UHGV virus genome: UHGV-0468246
Source: a virus
Reading direction: 5' to 3' (one strand)
DNA: 64,000 nucleotides
The translations under genes and the position numbers were made by a program. This document shows, piece by piece, positions 8,843 to 16,734 of this stretch. The notes under the pieces were generated by a model, which was given only the letters and a program-made list of their open reading frames with translations, was not told the DNA's origin and did no database searches. Position 1 is the first letter of the stretch. Every line of letters begins with the position of its first letter.

Positions 8843-9076
8843 TTAACTTGCCAGATTGACGGTTGCATAGAAATGCTCGTCATAATATTCGAGGGTAAAA
8901 TGAAACCCATTCGGCTTGTCGTCGAAAATGAACTCGCAGGTGCCGACGATGTTCGGCTTTGGCTCTGCGAACGCACTAAGAAGCGCCTCGTCCGGGGTCT
9001 CCCCGGTCACGCTGAAGCGATCTAGCGTTTCTCTATTCTCCGTCTTGGTCTTTACTTCGACATTGTAAACGTTCAT
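8843..9076 (-). CDS. Low-GC moron-like small protein (77 aa)
   Basis: Gene and flanks are about 48% GC against ~65% around it. It has its own upstream TTGACC..., an AAGGGAGA ribosome-binding site and an ATG. Confidence 0.5.
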   Translation of the reverse strand: MNVYNVEVKTKTENRETLDRFSVTGETPDEALLSAFAEPKPNIVGTCEFIFDDKPNGFHFTLEYYDEHFYATVNLAS

Positions 9077-9137
9077 CGTTCCATCTCCCTTTGTCGTTGC
9101 TTGCCTAAAATCGGCCTTTCAAAAGGTCAATAGAAAT

Positions 9138-9791
9138 TTACAAATAGCCCTCGATAACGTCCTGTCCGAGCGCGTCGAACAACGCGTCCCAAGCGTCGGC
9201 CCATTCGCCGACCCACGCCGAAGGCTCGCCGCCGATCTTGGCGCAGCGCTCGCACGTCTGGCGCTCGCACTTGATGTCGCGGGCGATGACGTACCTCGCC
9301 CGGTCGTCGAGTGATTCCACGTGCCTCTCGATGAAGCGCGCGCAATCGACCGACACGTGGTTGCCGCGTCCGATGGCGTAGCGCTCGGCGTTGATGCACA
9401 TGTCGGAGAACTCGTTCGCTTTCAGCTCGACGGTCTTTGGGTCGTCCGCGCGCGCGGCCTGCGCCTCCTTCGTGTCAATCCAGACCAAGCACGGCTCGCC
9501 GCCGTCGTCGCTCTTCGGAGAATGGAACGCGCCCGTCATGTCGCAGTGCCCGAAGAAGCCCCAATCGGACACGACGTGCTCCGCATGGGAGCGGTACGCG
9601 TCCTTGACGCGCATGGGCTTCCCGTCGATCTTCACCCTGCGCTTGTCGTCGTCCGTGAGCGCCAGCAGCGCGCCCACCGTGATCTCGCATTCTCCGTCCC
9701 ATAGGTGCTGGTCTTTGATCTTCATGCCCATGCCCTGAACCTTGCCCTTTCCTCGCGCCGATACGCCAGCAGCTCCCTGTGCTGCCAGCAT
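9138..9791 (-). CDS. Hypothetical protein (217 aa or shorter; alternative start MGMKIKDQ at ~9731)
   Basis: ORF. The N-terminal ~20 aa of the track ORF are Gly/Ala-rich and may not be translated. Confidence 0.45.
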   Translation of the reverse strand: MLAAQGAAGVSARGKGKVQGMGMKIKDQHLWDGECEITVGALLALTDDDKRRVKIDGKPMRVKDAYRSHAEHVVSDWGFFGHCDMTGAFHSPKSDDGGEPCLVWIDTKEAQAARADDPKTVELKANEFSDMCINAERYAIGRGNHVSVDCARFIERHVESLDDRARYVIARDIKCERQTCERCAKIGGEPSAWVGEWADAWDALFDALGQDVIEGYL

Positions 9792-9928
9792 TCCTGATAC
9801 TCGACCCGCCTCCCGTAGGAGCGCAGAAGCCGCTCGTGCTCCTTCAGGTCGTCCGGACAGATGTGTCGCCGCTGCGGCCCTCCGGAATCATGACCTTGCA
9901 ATGGCCCTCGTACGCCATTTCCCCCTCC

Positions 9929-10129
9929 TTACGCCGACAGCAGCACGGCCATGACGAACCCGCCGAGCAGGAACGCGACGGCGCACGGCACGACGAACGG
10001 CTCGACCTCCCGCTGCCACGCCTCGCGCCACTCCTGCTCGGTCATGCGCCCCCTGCCGTCCCCGAACTTCCTTGGAACGCGCCTCTGGCGGCTTCTGACG
10101 GCCCTGTGGGCCGAGTTGTCGGTATACAT
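9929..10129 (-). CDS. Small membrane protein (66 aa)
   Basis: C-terminal hydrophobic stretch VVPCAVAFLLGGFVMAVLLSA. Confidence 0.4.
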   Translation of the reverse strand: MYTDNSAHRAVRSRQRRVPRKFGDGRGRMTEQEWREAWQREVEPFVVPCAVAFLLGGFVMAVLLSA

Positions 10130-10196
10130 GGTGTCTTCCTTCCTACGCCCGTCTATAGGGCGTTACGCGAAGCCCTGCGGCTTCATTCTACACGAT

Positions 10197-10240
10197 GTAA
10201 GATAAGAAGTAAAGAGAATAAATTAAGAAAAGAAATTAAG
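10197..10240 (+). repeat. AT-rich intergenic motif copy, plus orientation
   Basis: GTAAGATAAGAAGTAAAGAGAATAAATTAAGAAAAGAAATTAAG. Confidence 0.6.
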
Positions 10241-10357
10241 ATGGGCGCGGGCATGCTGCGTGTCCGAGGAGGGAAAGGCCAATGGATGCCCGTAGGCTGG
10301 GTTCGCCCGCGCCCGCACCGATTGTCTCACGTCCGGGCTGCGGGCGAAAGCCCCGTT

Positions 10358-11116
10358 TCACCGCTCGGACAAATCGAGGCGGGGAAGAATGTCGGCTGTC
10401 AGCTGGAACCCCTTCATGCATCCGAACCTGTCGGCTCCGAGCCGGTACGAGCCGAACGCGCACCCGGCGCACCCCTCGTCGCCCATGCCCCATTTGCGGA
10501 CGCATTCGCCGATGCTCGCGCATCCGCGCGCCATCCTGCACGCCGACACCACCTGCTCCGGGCTTATCGGCCTGTAGTCCCAGAGCATGCACCCGACGTT
10601 GACGATCTGCATGGCCGGTTTCTGGAAGATAGCCAAGTTGCGTATCATGTCGTGCTCCGGTGTCGCATGGACGTGGCCGTGCAGCATGAAGATCGTCTCG
10701 TTCTCGCGGTTCTTCGTGTGATGCCTGCCGTTGTAGCAGGGCATGGGGTAGTGGCTCATGAGGAACTTCATATGGTCGTGCCGCACCTCGCGGTAGTCCC
10801 GCGCGTCCTCGAACTTCACAGCGGCCTTGGCCGTGAGCCTTCCGTTGCGCATGGCGCGCCGAAGCCCGGAATCGTGGTTGCCGAACACGAGCCTGATCTT
10901 CCCGTTCAGGCGCTCGGCGATGGACGAAAGGTACTCCGGCTTGCCGCTCATGGCGAAGTCGCCGAGATGGTACACGATGTCGCCCTTGCGCACGGTTTCG
11001 TTCCACCGCCGCACAAGCTCCTCGTCCATCTCCTCGGCGGAGCCGAACGGCCTGCCGTCCATGGCGATCACGTTCTCGTGGCCGAAATGTGTGTCCGCTG
11101 TGAAGTGTATCGCCAT
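10358..11116 (-). CDS. Calcineurin-like metallophosphoesterase (Ser/Thr phosphatase family) with a Cys-rich C-terminus
   Basis: Probable start MAIHFTADTHFGHE (ATG at ~11116). Motifs DTHFGH, GDFAMSG and GNHD...GHVH match the metallophosphoesterase fold. The track ORF 10358..11245 carries an extra N-terminal extension. Confidence 0.7.
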   Translation of the reverse strand: MAIHFTADTHFGHENVIAMDGRPFGSAEEMDEELVRRWNETVRKGDIVYHLGDFAMSGKPEYLSSIAERLNGKIRLVFGNHDSGLRRAMRNGRLTAKAAVKFEDARDYREVRHDHMKFLMSHYPMPCYNGRHHTKNRENETIFMLHGHVHATPEHDMIRNLAIFQKPAMQIVNVGCMLWDYRPISPEQVVSACRMARGCASIGECVRKWGMGDEGCAGCAFGSYRLGADRFGCMKGFQLTADILPRLDLSER

Positions 11117-11149
11117 TGCCGCGTCCTCCGTCCGTCGTTCAAAAAAAAC

Positions 11150-11182
11150 GGGCGGCGGCAACCATCCATCAATCCGCCGCCC
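11150..11182 (-). terminator. Hairpin plus T8 terminator upstream of the phosphoesterase gene
   Basis: GGGCGGCGG...CCGCCGCCC stem, followed on the minus strand by TTTTTTTT (plus A8 at 11141-11148). Confidence 0.5.
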
Positions 11183-11774
11183 TTGGGAGCCGCATTGAGC
11201 GCGCGCTGGCTCCCTTCCACTTCCGGCAAAGGCTTCTAAGGTCAAGCAGCCCTACTCCCGTTCGGGAACCCAGCCGGTCGCGGCATCCGCGCTCATGATC
11301 GCCTCCGCCGCGTGCTTTGCGCCCAGCCGCACCTCGATTCAGTGGCGTAGGACTGTGCCTGTCCACCATGCACGAATAGTGCCGCCCGCCCCTATGCCGG
11401 GTCTTTCGCATAGGGTTCGATGGGCGCTCCGCCCCTCCGAACAGAGCGCGCATCGAACCTCATGCCGAAGGGAAGAGCGCGGGACGGCGGAGGAATCGAA
11501 CCGCCTGATCGCCGACCACCTCAATCAAGGCGAACCCGCCCGACGACGCTTCCCGCCCTCAACGTATCGCCCTGCCGTCGCAAGGGGTATCCAGTGGGCA
11601 TCCAACGCCGCATGCGAGCCGTCCCGCTCCCCGCAGGACGCGTTTTCGGGCTTAGGTGACTCACCCTACTTGCATCCCGCTGACAGTGCCGTTCCGGCTA
11701 TTCACAGCCTTGCAGTGAGTGGTCGGCCTGTATGCCGCATCTCAACCGACTTGACCGCAAGGCGACTGCTCGTC

Positions 11775-11849
11775 TGGCACCCCCGGTAGGAATCGAACCT
11801 ACGACCTGATTCTTAGGAGGAATCTGCCCTTCCGCTGGGCTACGGGGGT
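11775..11849 (-). tRNA. tRNA-Arg (anticodon CCT)
   Basis: Cloverleaf: acceptor ACCCCCG/CGGGGGT, U8 A9, D arm GCCC-AGCGGAAG-GGGC, anticodon arm GATTC-CTCCTAA-GAATC, T arm GTAGG-TTCGATT-CCTAC, discriminator G and an encoded CCA. Confidence 0.85.
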
Positions 11850-12086
11850 GCGTTTTCAATGTTTCGTCCGGGAGGGTGTACGGCCCTCCCGGCTCCGGGC
11901 ATCCCCGTCGCGCTTGCCCGCTCTCCTCCCTCCACGGGAGGCGCGTACATGGGCGCTCCGAACGCCGTTGGGCGGGCATTGCCCCGCCGCCGCAACGGTA
12001 CGCGTACCTCGCTCCGGCGCGTTCGTCCTTCGTGCGCGCCGCCGAGCGTCTTATCTCGCCGGTGCGTCGCCCATGTTACCACACTT

Positions 12087-12129
12087 CTTAACTCTTGTCT
12101 TAACTTTTTCTTTCTTTTTTTTATCTTAC
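12087..12129 (-). repeat. AT-rich intergenic motif copy, minus orientation, with a TGTGGTAACAT extended -10-like box at 12073-12083
   Basis: Minus-strand reading GTAAGATAAAAAAAAGAAAGAAAAAGTTAAGACAAGAGTTAAGAAGTGTGGTAACATGG. Same architecture as the copies at 19928, 25001 and 29121. Confidence 0.55.
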
Positions 12130-12138
12130 AAAAGAAAG

Positions 12139-12156
12139 GCCCGCGATTGCGGGCCG
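12139..12156 (-). terminator. Hairpin GGCCCGC-gatt-GCGGGCC with a T-rich tail, next to an AT-rich motif copy
   Basis: Stem-loop followed on the minus strand by TTTCTTTTGT. Confidence 0.5.
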
Positions 12157-12167
12157 TGGCTTCAGTC

Positions 12168-12245
12168 CGGGAGGGCGGGAATCGAACCCGCACATGCTGT
12201 ACCTGTTATGGCGCGCCCAGTGCTCTGCCGTTGAGCTACCTCCCG
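12168..12245 (-). ncRNA. tRNA-like element with acceptor stem, D arm and T arm but no canonical anticodon stem
   Basis: CGGGAGG/CCTCCCG acceptor pairing, TA at positions 8-9, D arm GCTC-AACGGCA-GAGC, T arm GCGGG-TTCGATT-CCCGC. The ~30 nt in between (containing the GGCGCGCC palindrome) cannot form a 5-7-5 anticodon arm by my reading. CCA is not encoded. Confidence 0.4.
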
Positions 12246-12426
12246 ATGCATGGGAAGCGCCGGAGGAAGGTGCAATGCGCACCGTTCGGGCGCTTCCCAA
12301 GTTCGCTGCGGGTGCCCTCGCCGTCCGCAGTCAGGATGCCCACCGATGATGACTTTCGGCATCCTCCCTCGCCCCTCTGCGCGGCCCGTTCGCAGCGGCC
12401 CGTGCTCGGAACCCGCGTTCGGGAAA

Positions 12427-12649
12427 CTACCGGATAACGGCGTCCTCCCACCGCGTACCCCGCTCGCCTCCCCTGCGAAAGTCGGCCACGGGGGTGCCTT
12501 CGTGGATGCGCGCGAGCGTCACGTCCGATTCGTCCATAGCCCTAGCCATCGAAGGCCTAGCGCCACATCCCAAGGCATCAGCTTCGTCGCTGACGGAAAG
12601 TCGAGGGCGGGGAGCTGCGGGCCGACGATGCGACGGCGCGCCCCTCATC
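12427..12649 (-). CDS. Possible small Arg-rich protein (74 aa), or part of a structured non-coding region
   Basis: AAAGGA ribosome-binding site plus ATG at 12649, immediately after palindrome copy 2. Low confidence: the surrounding 12250-12700 is GC-rich and may be non-coding RNA. Confidence 0.2.
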
Positions 12650-12672
12650 CTTTCGGGCAGAACGGCGCAACC

Positions 12673-12688
12673 TCGATTAAATAATCGA
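12673..12688 (-). promoter_or_regulatory. 16-bp palindrome TCGATTAAATAATCGA (copy 2) inside the tRNA / non-coding region
   Basis: Perfect inverted repeat, followed on the minus strand by GGTTGCGCC...AAAGGATG. Confidence 0.5.
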
Positions 12689-12756
12689 CATGTCGCATCA
12701 ACCGCCCTCGGCCTTCCGTCAGCGGGCACCTTTCGATGCCGCGCTGTTTGTCCGTA

Positions 12757-12831
12757 TGGTACGGGGTGCAGGTGTCGAACCTGCGGCCAAGGAATTATGA
12801 GTTCCCTGCTCTACCGTTGAGCTAACCCCGC
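12757..12831 (-). tRNA. tRNA-Met (anticodon CAT; initiator, elongator or Ile2 cannot be told apart by eye)
   Basis: Acceptor GCGGGGT/ACCCCGT with a G1-U72 wobble, U8 A9, D arm GCTC-AACGGTA-GAGC, anticodon arm GGGAA-CTCATAA-TTCCT, T arm GCAGG-TTCGACA-CCTGC, discriminator A, CCA encoded. Confidence 0.85.
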
Positions 12832-12995
12832 ATGGATGTCAAAGAGCGTTCAAACGACGCTTCGATGCGTTCTTCGTTGCCTTACCGCACCTATTGTGTC
12901 CAAGCATACGCCATATCGTTTGGAAAGCGCCGTATACGGTTCGGCACTTTCCCTTATATGCCGCACATCGTCGTTTGTCAGCTTGCGTCTTCCGC

Positions 12996-13409
12996 TCAAC
13001 TTTCTGCCAAGCACATCGCGAGCGTGCAAGATGTTCTCTCTCGACCGGTGCACCATTCAAGGTTCTCGACAGCGTTGTTGGCCTTGTCGCCGTCGATGTG
13101 GTTCACTTGCGGCTTGCCATCGTCGTTCGGTATGAACGCCTCTGCGACAAGCCTGTGGATGCACTTTGTTTCCGTTGCGCCCATGTTGCTCAACAGAACA
13201 AGATGGTATCCGTATGTGTTCACTCGGTCGGCAAGAATCTTTTCCGATTGCATGCGATGGAGGCTTCCATCCGCCCTGTAAATAGGGCGTTCGAGACTTT
13301 TGACGCGACCGCAACTGGATATTTGATAGCACCCTTCGCAGCCTGCTATGCCGCGCCATTCCTCCATCGCATGCACCTTCTCCACCTTGCGTTGCCTCGC
13401 AACGGGCAT
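12996..13409 (-). CDS. HNH homing endonuclease (NUMOD4 plus HNH_3 type)
   Basis: EWRGIAGCEGCYQISSCGRVKSL matches a NUMOD4 motif and VNHIDGDKANNAVENLEW matches an HNH motif. Gene GC is ~52%, below the genome, and it lies next to the tRNA genes. Confidence 0.8.
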   Translation of the reverse strand: MPVARQRKVEKVHAMEEWRGIAGCEGCYQISSCGRVKSLERPIYRADGSLHRMQSEKILADRVNTYGYHLVLLSNMGATETKCIHRLVAEAFIPNDDGKPQVNHIDGDKANNAVENLEWCTGRERTSCTLAMCLAES

Positions 13410-13420
13410 CCTATCACGTG

Positions 13421-13510
13421 TTAAGAAAAGAAGTCAAGTGAAAAGTGGGAAATATGAAGGGTATATGTAAAACAAGAATGTAAGAGAATAATTTAAGAAA
13501 AGAAGTTGAG
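13421..13510 (+). repeat. Cluster of AT-rich motif copies in the divergent intergenic region between the HNH gene and the plus-strand island
   Basis: GTTAAGAAAAGAAGTCAAGTG...GTAAAACAAGAATGTAAGAGAATAATTTAAGAAAAGAAGTTGAG, followed by a TGTAACATGG -10-like box near 13527. Confidence 0.55.
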
Positions 13511-13638
13511 ATTAAAACCGATAGCGTGTAACATGGACGGCATCGGAGCGAACGAAGCGAAGGAGCGACCATGAAGACGAACGAGACCGAGGCGCGCGAG
13601 ATGGCCGACGAGGGGATGCCGGTCGAGACGCGAAGATC

Positions 13639-13851
13639 GTGTCGAGCGACCTGCTGCCCGGCTGCTGGGACGTGGTGCTGAACGGCGAGAGGAAGGGCAC
13701 CATCGGCATCGACCGCCAAGGCGAGTTCAACGTGTCCATGAAGGACGGCATCGAAACCTACGGCGAGGGATACCGCCTCGATTCTCTGCGCAAGGCGAGC
13801 GAATGGGCGATAACCCATCTCGCGCACGAGGAGATAGGGAAGGGGTGGTAG
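13639..13851 (+). CDS. Hypothetical protein (70 aa, GTG start)
   Basis: First gene of a three-gene plus-strand island, downstream of the AT-rich promoter region. Confidence 0.35.
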   Translation: MSSDLLPGCWDVVLNGERKGTIGIDRQGEFNVSMKDGIETYGEGYRLDSLRKASEWAITHLAHEEIGKGW

Positions 13852-13853
13852 CC

Positions 13854-14315
13854 ATGGAGTGGTACGGAAGCGTCGAGAACCGCATGGACGAGGGCAAGCA
13901 GGTCGGCGCGCTGCGCGTGGGCATGGGCGCGACGGAGATGATGTACTCCGACCGCGAGCCGTACACGGTGCAGAAGGTCGTCAGCCCCTCCCGCGTGATC
14001 GTGACCAAGGACAAGTGGACGCGCGTCGATTCCAACGGGCGAAGCGAGTGCCAAGAGTACGCTTGCGAGAGCGTTCCGCTGACCGTCGGCGAGAAGAAGC
14101 GGCGCTGCACGCACATGCTCTTCATGCAGATCGGAACCGACAGATGCGACGACAGGGGCGAGACGGACGGCTGCGGCGGCTGCAAGTGGCTCAGGGAGAC
14201 CGCGCCAACCAACGGCGTGACGCTCGTCAAGACCAAGCGGGGGTGGAAGGCGCTCGGGCAAGACCGACGGTTCGCGCTGGGCATCCGCGAGAAGTGCGAA
14301 GACCCGACGTTCTAG
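13854..14315 (+). CDS. Hypothetical Cys-rich protein (153 aa, MEWYGSVENRMDEGK...)
   Basis: ATG at 13854. The track ORF 13803..14315 starts earlier in the same frame. Contains CQEYAC...C..C..C motifs. Confidence 0.45.
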   Translation: MEWYGSVENRMDEGKQVGALRVGMGATEMMYSDREPYTVQKVVSPSRVIVTKDKWTRVDSNGRSECQEYACESVPLTVGEKKRRCTHMLFMQIGTDRCDDRGETDGCGGCKWLRETAPTNGVTLVKTKRGWKALGQDRRFALGIREKCEDPTF

Positions 14316-14329
14316 GAAGGAGCAGGGAG

Positions 14330-14623
14330 ATGATCTACCAGTTGGAGGCCATGCACGACGCGAAGAAGTCGTTCTACGGGAAGGCGCTCGTGGAATCGGG
14401 GGGGGGCACCCTGACGCTGTACAGCTACGGCGCTAAGGTGGCCGAGACGCAGGGGCAGGGCCGCATCGCGCTCTACCCGGACGCGGACTACAGCCCGACC
14501 ACGCGCAGGCACGTGAAGGAGTTCGTCAAGCAGCAGGCCGGGAAGTCCATATCGACCGAGGAGCTGCGCGCCGTCGTCGATGGGCGCATGCGCTTCGAGG
14601 ACGCGGGCCAGCCGCTCGCGTAG
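14330..14623 (+). CDS. Hypothetical protein (97 aa) with an internal G9 tract
   Basis: AGGAGG ribosome-binding site plus ATG at 14330. The G9 at 14398-14406 encodes ESGGGT. In frame with the spurious long ORF 13859..14623. Confidence 0.5.
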   Translation: MIYQLEAMHDAKKSFYGKALVESGGGTLTLYSYGAKVAETQGQGRIALYPDADYSPTTRRHVKEFVKQQAGKSISTEELRAVVDGRMRFEDAGQPLA

Positions 14624-14624
14624 C

Positions 14625-14650
14625 GGGGGGGGGGCTTTCGGCCCTCCCCT
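14625..14650. terminator. Convergent terminator hairpin built from a G10 run (14625-14634) and CCCTCCCC
   Basis: GGGGGGGGGGCTTTCGGCCCTCCCC between the end of the plus-strand gene (14623) and the end of the minus-strand gene (14650). Confidence 0.45.
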
Positions 14651-15402
14651 TACGCGTCGAGGATGCCGTTCAGCTCCTCCTCGTCCGTCATAACGCCAGC
14701 GGCCACAAGCTCCTCGCGCGTCCGGGCGCGACCGAGCCTGTCGTAGTCGTCGGCGATAACGTCGTAGTCTATCTCCGTCACGGACTGCGCGGCCTGAACG
14801 GGGATGGCCGTGAAGTCCATCTTCATGCCGATGGCCTGCGAGCGGGCGATGATCGAGGCGAGCTGTTCGGGCGTTACCACGCTCTTGACCGCCTCGCCGA
14901 TTGCCGCCAAGGCCATGTAGAAGCCCTGACGGTCGCCGTCGGCCATGAAGTCCCTCTCCTCCTGCGCCTTCTGCAAGCGCTCCATCGCCTCCATGATCTG
15001 CAACATCTCGCCGACGTTGCGCGGCCTTATCTTGCCCTCCGCAACGTCGCGCGCGCCCTGTATGAACATCGTCTGAAGCATGGACTGCGCCGTGATTCGC
15101 GGGGTCTCGCCGTCCTCGTTCACGATGCCCTTCATGATGATGCCCGCCTCCAAGGCGGTCTCTTCGAGATGGTGGTTCGCCATGTGGTTCTGAAGCGTGC
15201 GGGCGCGGAAGTCGGTGCCGTACGCCTTGTTGACGACGGACGCAAGCTCCGTCCACGACAGCGCCGCGCCGGTGACGCACGTCATCTCGATTGCCGCGCG
15301 GTCTGGGTGCGAGCACACCTTGCACTTCGCGGGCCTTCCCTTGCGTATGTTCTTCTGTGCGGTCATGTCGGCAATTCTACGACAAACCACCCATGAAAGC
15401 AA
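14650..15402 (-). CDS. Hypothetical DNA-binding protein (250 aa). Possible terminase small subunit; weak.
   Basis: Basic N-terminus KGRPAKCKVCSH followed by a helical acidic C-terminus. No terminase large subunit is in the window to support the assignment. Confidence 0.3.
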   Translation of the reverse strand: MLSWVVCRRIADMTAQKNIRKGRPAKCKVCSHPDRAAIEMTCVTGAALSWTELASVVNKAYGTDFRARTLQNHMANHHLEETALEAGIIMKGIVNEDGETPRITAQSMLQTMFIQGARDVAEGKIRPRNVGEMLQIMEAMERLQKAQEERDFMADGDRQGFYMALAAIGEAVKSVVTPEQLASIIARSQAIGMKMDFTAIPVQAAQSVTEIDYDVIADDYDRLGRARTREELVAAGVMTDEEELNGILDA

Positions 15403-15448
15403 AAGACCCCGCCTTACGCGGGGTCTCCGTGGCTCCTATGGGCGTTCG

Positions 15449-15922
15449 CTAGGGTTGCAGCCTGCTCGCCATGACCGTCTCCACGAGGGAGCGCGCCGCG
15501 ATCTCGCAGTTGCCCTTGACGACCGACAGCGGGTCTTCCCCGTCGAGCGCGCCAGCGTCGAACGTGACGGAGGTCGTCAGCTCGAAGAGCTGGCCCCCGA
15601 ACGAGAGGCCGACGAGGATGCCCGACGCGAGGCGGTCGCCGTCGATTCCCTCGTTGGCCGGTACGGTGTACACGAGGTTTCCGTGCAGGTTGCGCGCGAC
15701 CAGAGCGCCGCTGACGGCCAGCGCCAGCTCGCGGCGCACTGCGCCCGTCCAGCGCTTGCAGCCGCTTCCAACGCCCTCGCCCGACGCGGCGGGCAGCTTG
15801 GCGACGGCGTTGCCGTTGTAGGCGCACACGATCTCGCGCCCGTCCACGCGCGCGGCGTACGGGCTTCCATCGCCGCCAAGAACGGCCTCCGTGACCTTCT
15901 CGGCCTTACCCTTGCTCGCCAT
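15449..15922 (-). CDS. Hypothetical protein (157 aa)
   Basis: ORF. Confidence 0.45.
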   Translation of the reverse strand: MASKGKAEKVTEAVLGGDGSPYAARVDGREIVCAYNGNAVAKLPAASGEGVGSGCKRWTGAVRRELALAVSGALVARNLHGNLVYTVPANEGIDGDRLASGILVGLSFGGQLFELTTSVTFDAGALDGEDPLSVVKGNCEIAARSLVETVMASRLQP

Positions 15923-16703
15923 CTCGCACCGCCCTCTCGCATACCTTGCGGTAGCCTTCCAGCTTCCACAGCTCGTCCTCTATGCGCTTCTTGCAAATCT
16001 CAACGCCAAGATCGTGGTCGTAGTTGTCCGGGTCGATGCACGCGCTCTGCTCGGTGATCGTCCAGCCGTTGGGCAGCTTGGCCGTGACCACCGTGGTGTT
16101 GCCGTACCTCTTCTCGTCGAAGAACTCGGCGGATGCCATGAGCGCGGCGATCTCCTCCGGCAGCACGCGGTTGGCAGGATGCTCGTCGGGCGCGGGCGCT
16201 CTGTCGCTTCCGACATAGCCCTTGTCGCCCTTCGGGCCGCACGGCACGCGCATCTCCTCGATGATGTCGCGGTTCTCCTCGTTCTCGCGCATCGCGTCGA
16301 GGAGGATGTTCGCGTCGCCCTCGAACCCGTAGTAGACCTTCGACAGGTAGAACTCGGCGCAGTCCTTGGCGATGCGGCGCGCCATCCACCGCACCTGCTT
16401 CCTTCCGGGCCAGCCTTCGAGCTGCATGCCCGTTTCCAGCTCGAACGTGCGGGAGTTCTGATGCGGCTCCCCGTCGGCCTCCTCCAAACGGCGCGCCAGC
16501 TCGACCGTCTTGGGGCCGAACACGTCGATGACGAACGAGTACACGACCTCGCCGCCGTCGAGGCCCTTGATGCGGAGGTCGCAGTCGGTGACCATCGCGC
16601 CGTCGCGCTCGATGTCGAGCTGCGGCATCTTCAGAATCTTCCGTCGGATGCGCTCCGAAAGCTCTCTCGGCAGCAGCTCGAACGGCAGCTTCGCTTTCTC
16701 CAT
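15906..16703 (-). CDS. Hypothetical protein (265 aa)
   Basis: ORF; contains GPKGDKGYVG. Confidence 0.45.
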   Translation of the reverse strand: MEKAKLPFELLPRELSERIRRKILKMPQLDIERDGAMVTDCDLRIKGLDGGEVVYSFVIDVFGPKTVELARRLEEADGEPHQNSRTFELETGMQLEGWPGRKQVRWMARRIAKDCAEFYLSKVYYGFEGDANILLDAMRENEENRDIIEEMRVPCGPKGDKGYVGSDRAPAPDEHPANRVLPEEIAALMASAEFFDEKRYGNTTVVTAKLPNGWTITEQSACIDPDNYDHDLGVEICKKRIEDELWKLEGYRKVCERAVRDGEQG

Positions 16704-16734
16704 GGCTCTTCCTTTCTCCTTTTATCGGCAACGG

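Noticed and set aside
9779-11239. ORF 9779..11239(+), 486 aa
   Set aside because: Antisense to the metallophosphoesterase gene and to several minus-strand genes. Arg/Pro-rich junk translation, no ribosome-binding site.
11250-12760. tmRNA (ssrA) or RNase P RNA in the non-coding island
   Set aside because: The T-arm plus acceptor at 12168-12245 resembles a tmRNA 3' end (GCGGGTTCGATTCCCGCC...). However, a matching acceptor 5' strand and a D arm lie immediately adjacent, making it tRNA-sized. I could not find the tmRNA 5' consensus or a tag reading frame. The GGAAAGTCGAGGGC at 12593 only loosely resembles the RNase P P4 element. This is left as an open observation rather than a call.
13859-14623. 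Single 254-aa ORF 13859..14623(+)
   Set aside because: Its first two-thirds is an Arg-rich frame overlapping the better-supported gene 13854..14315 in another frame. Only the last 97 codons, from the AGGAGG-ATG at 14330, look genuine.
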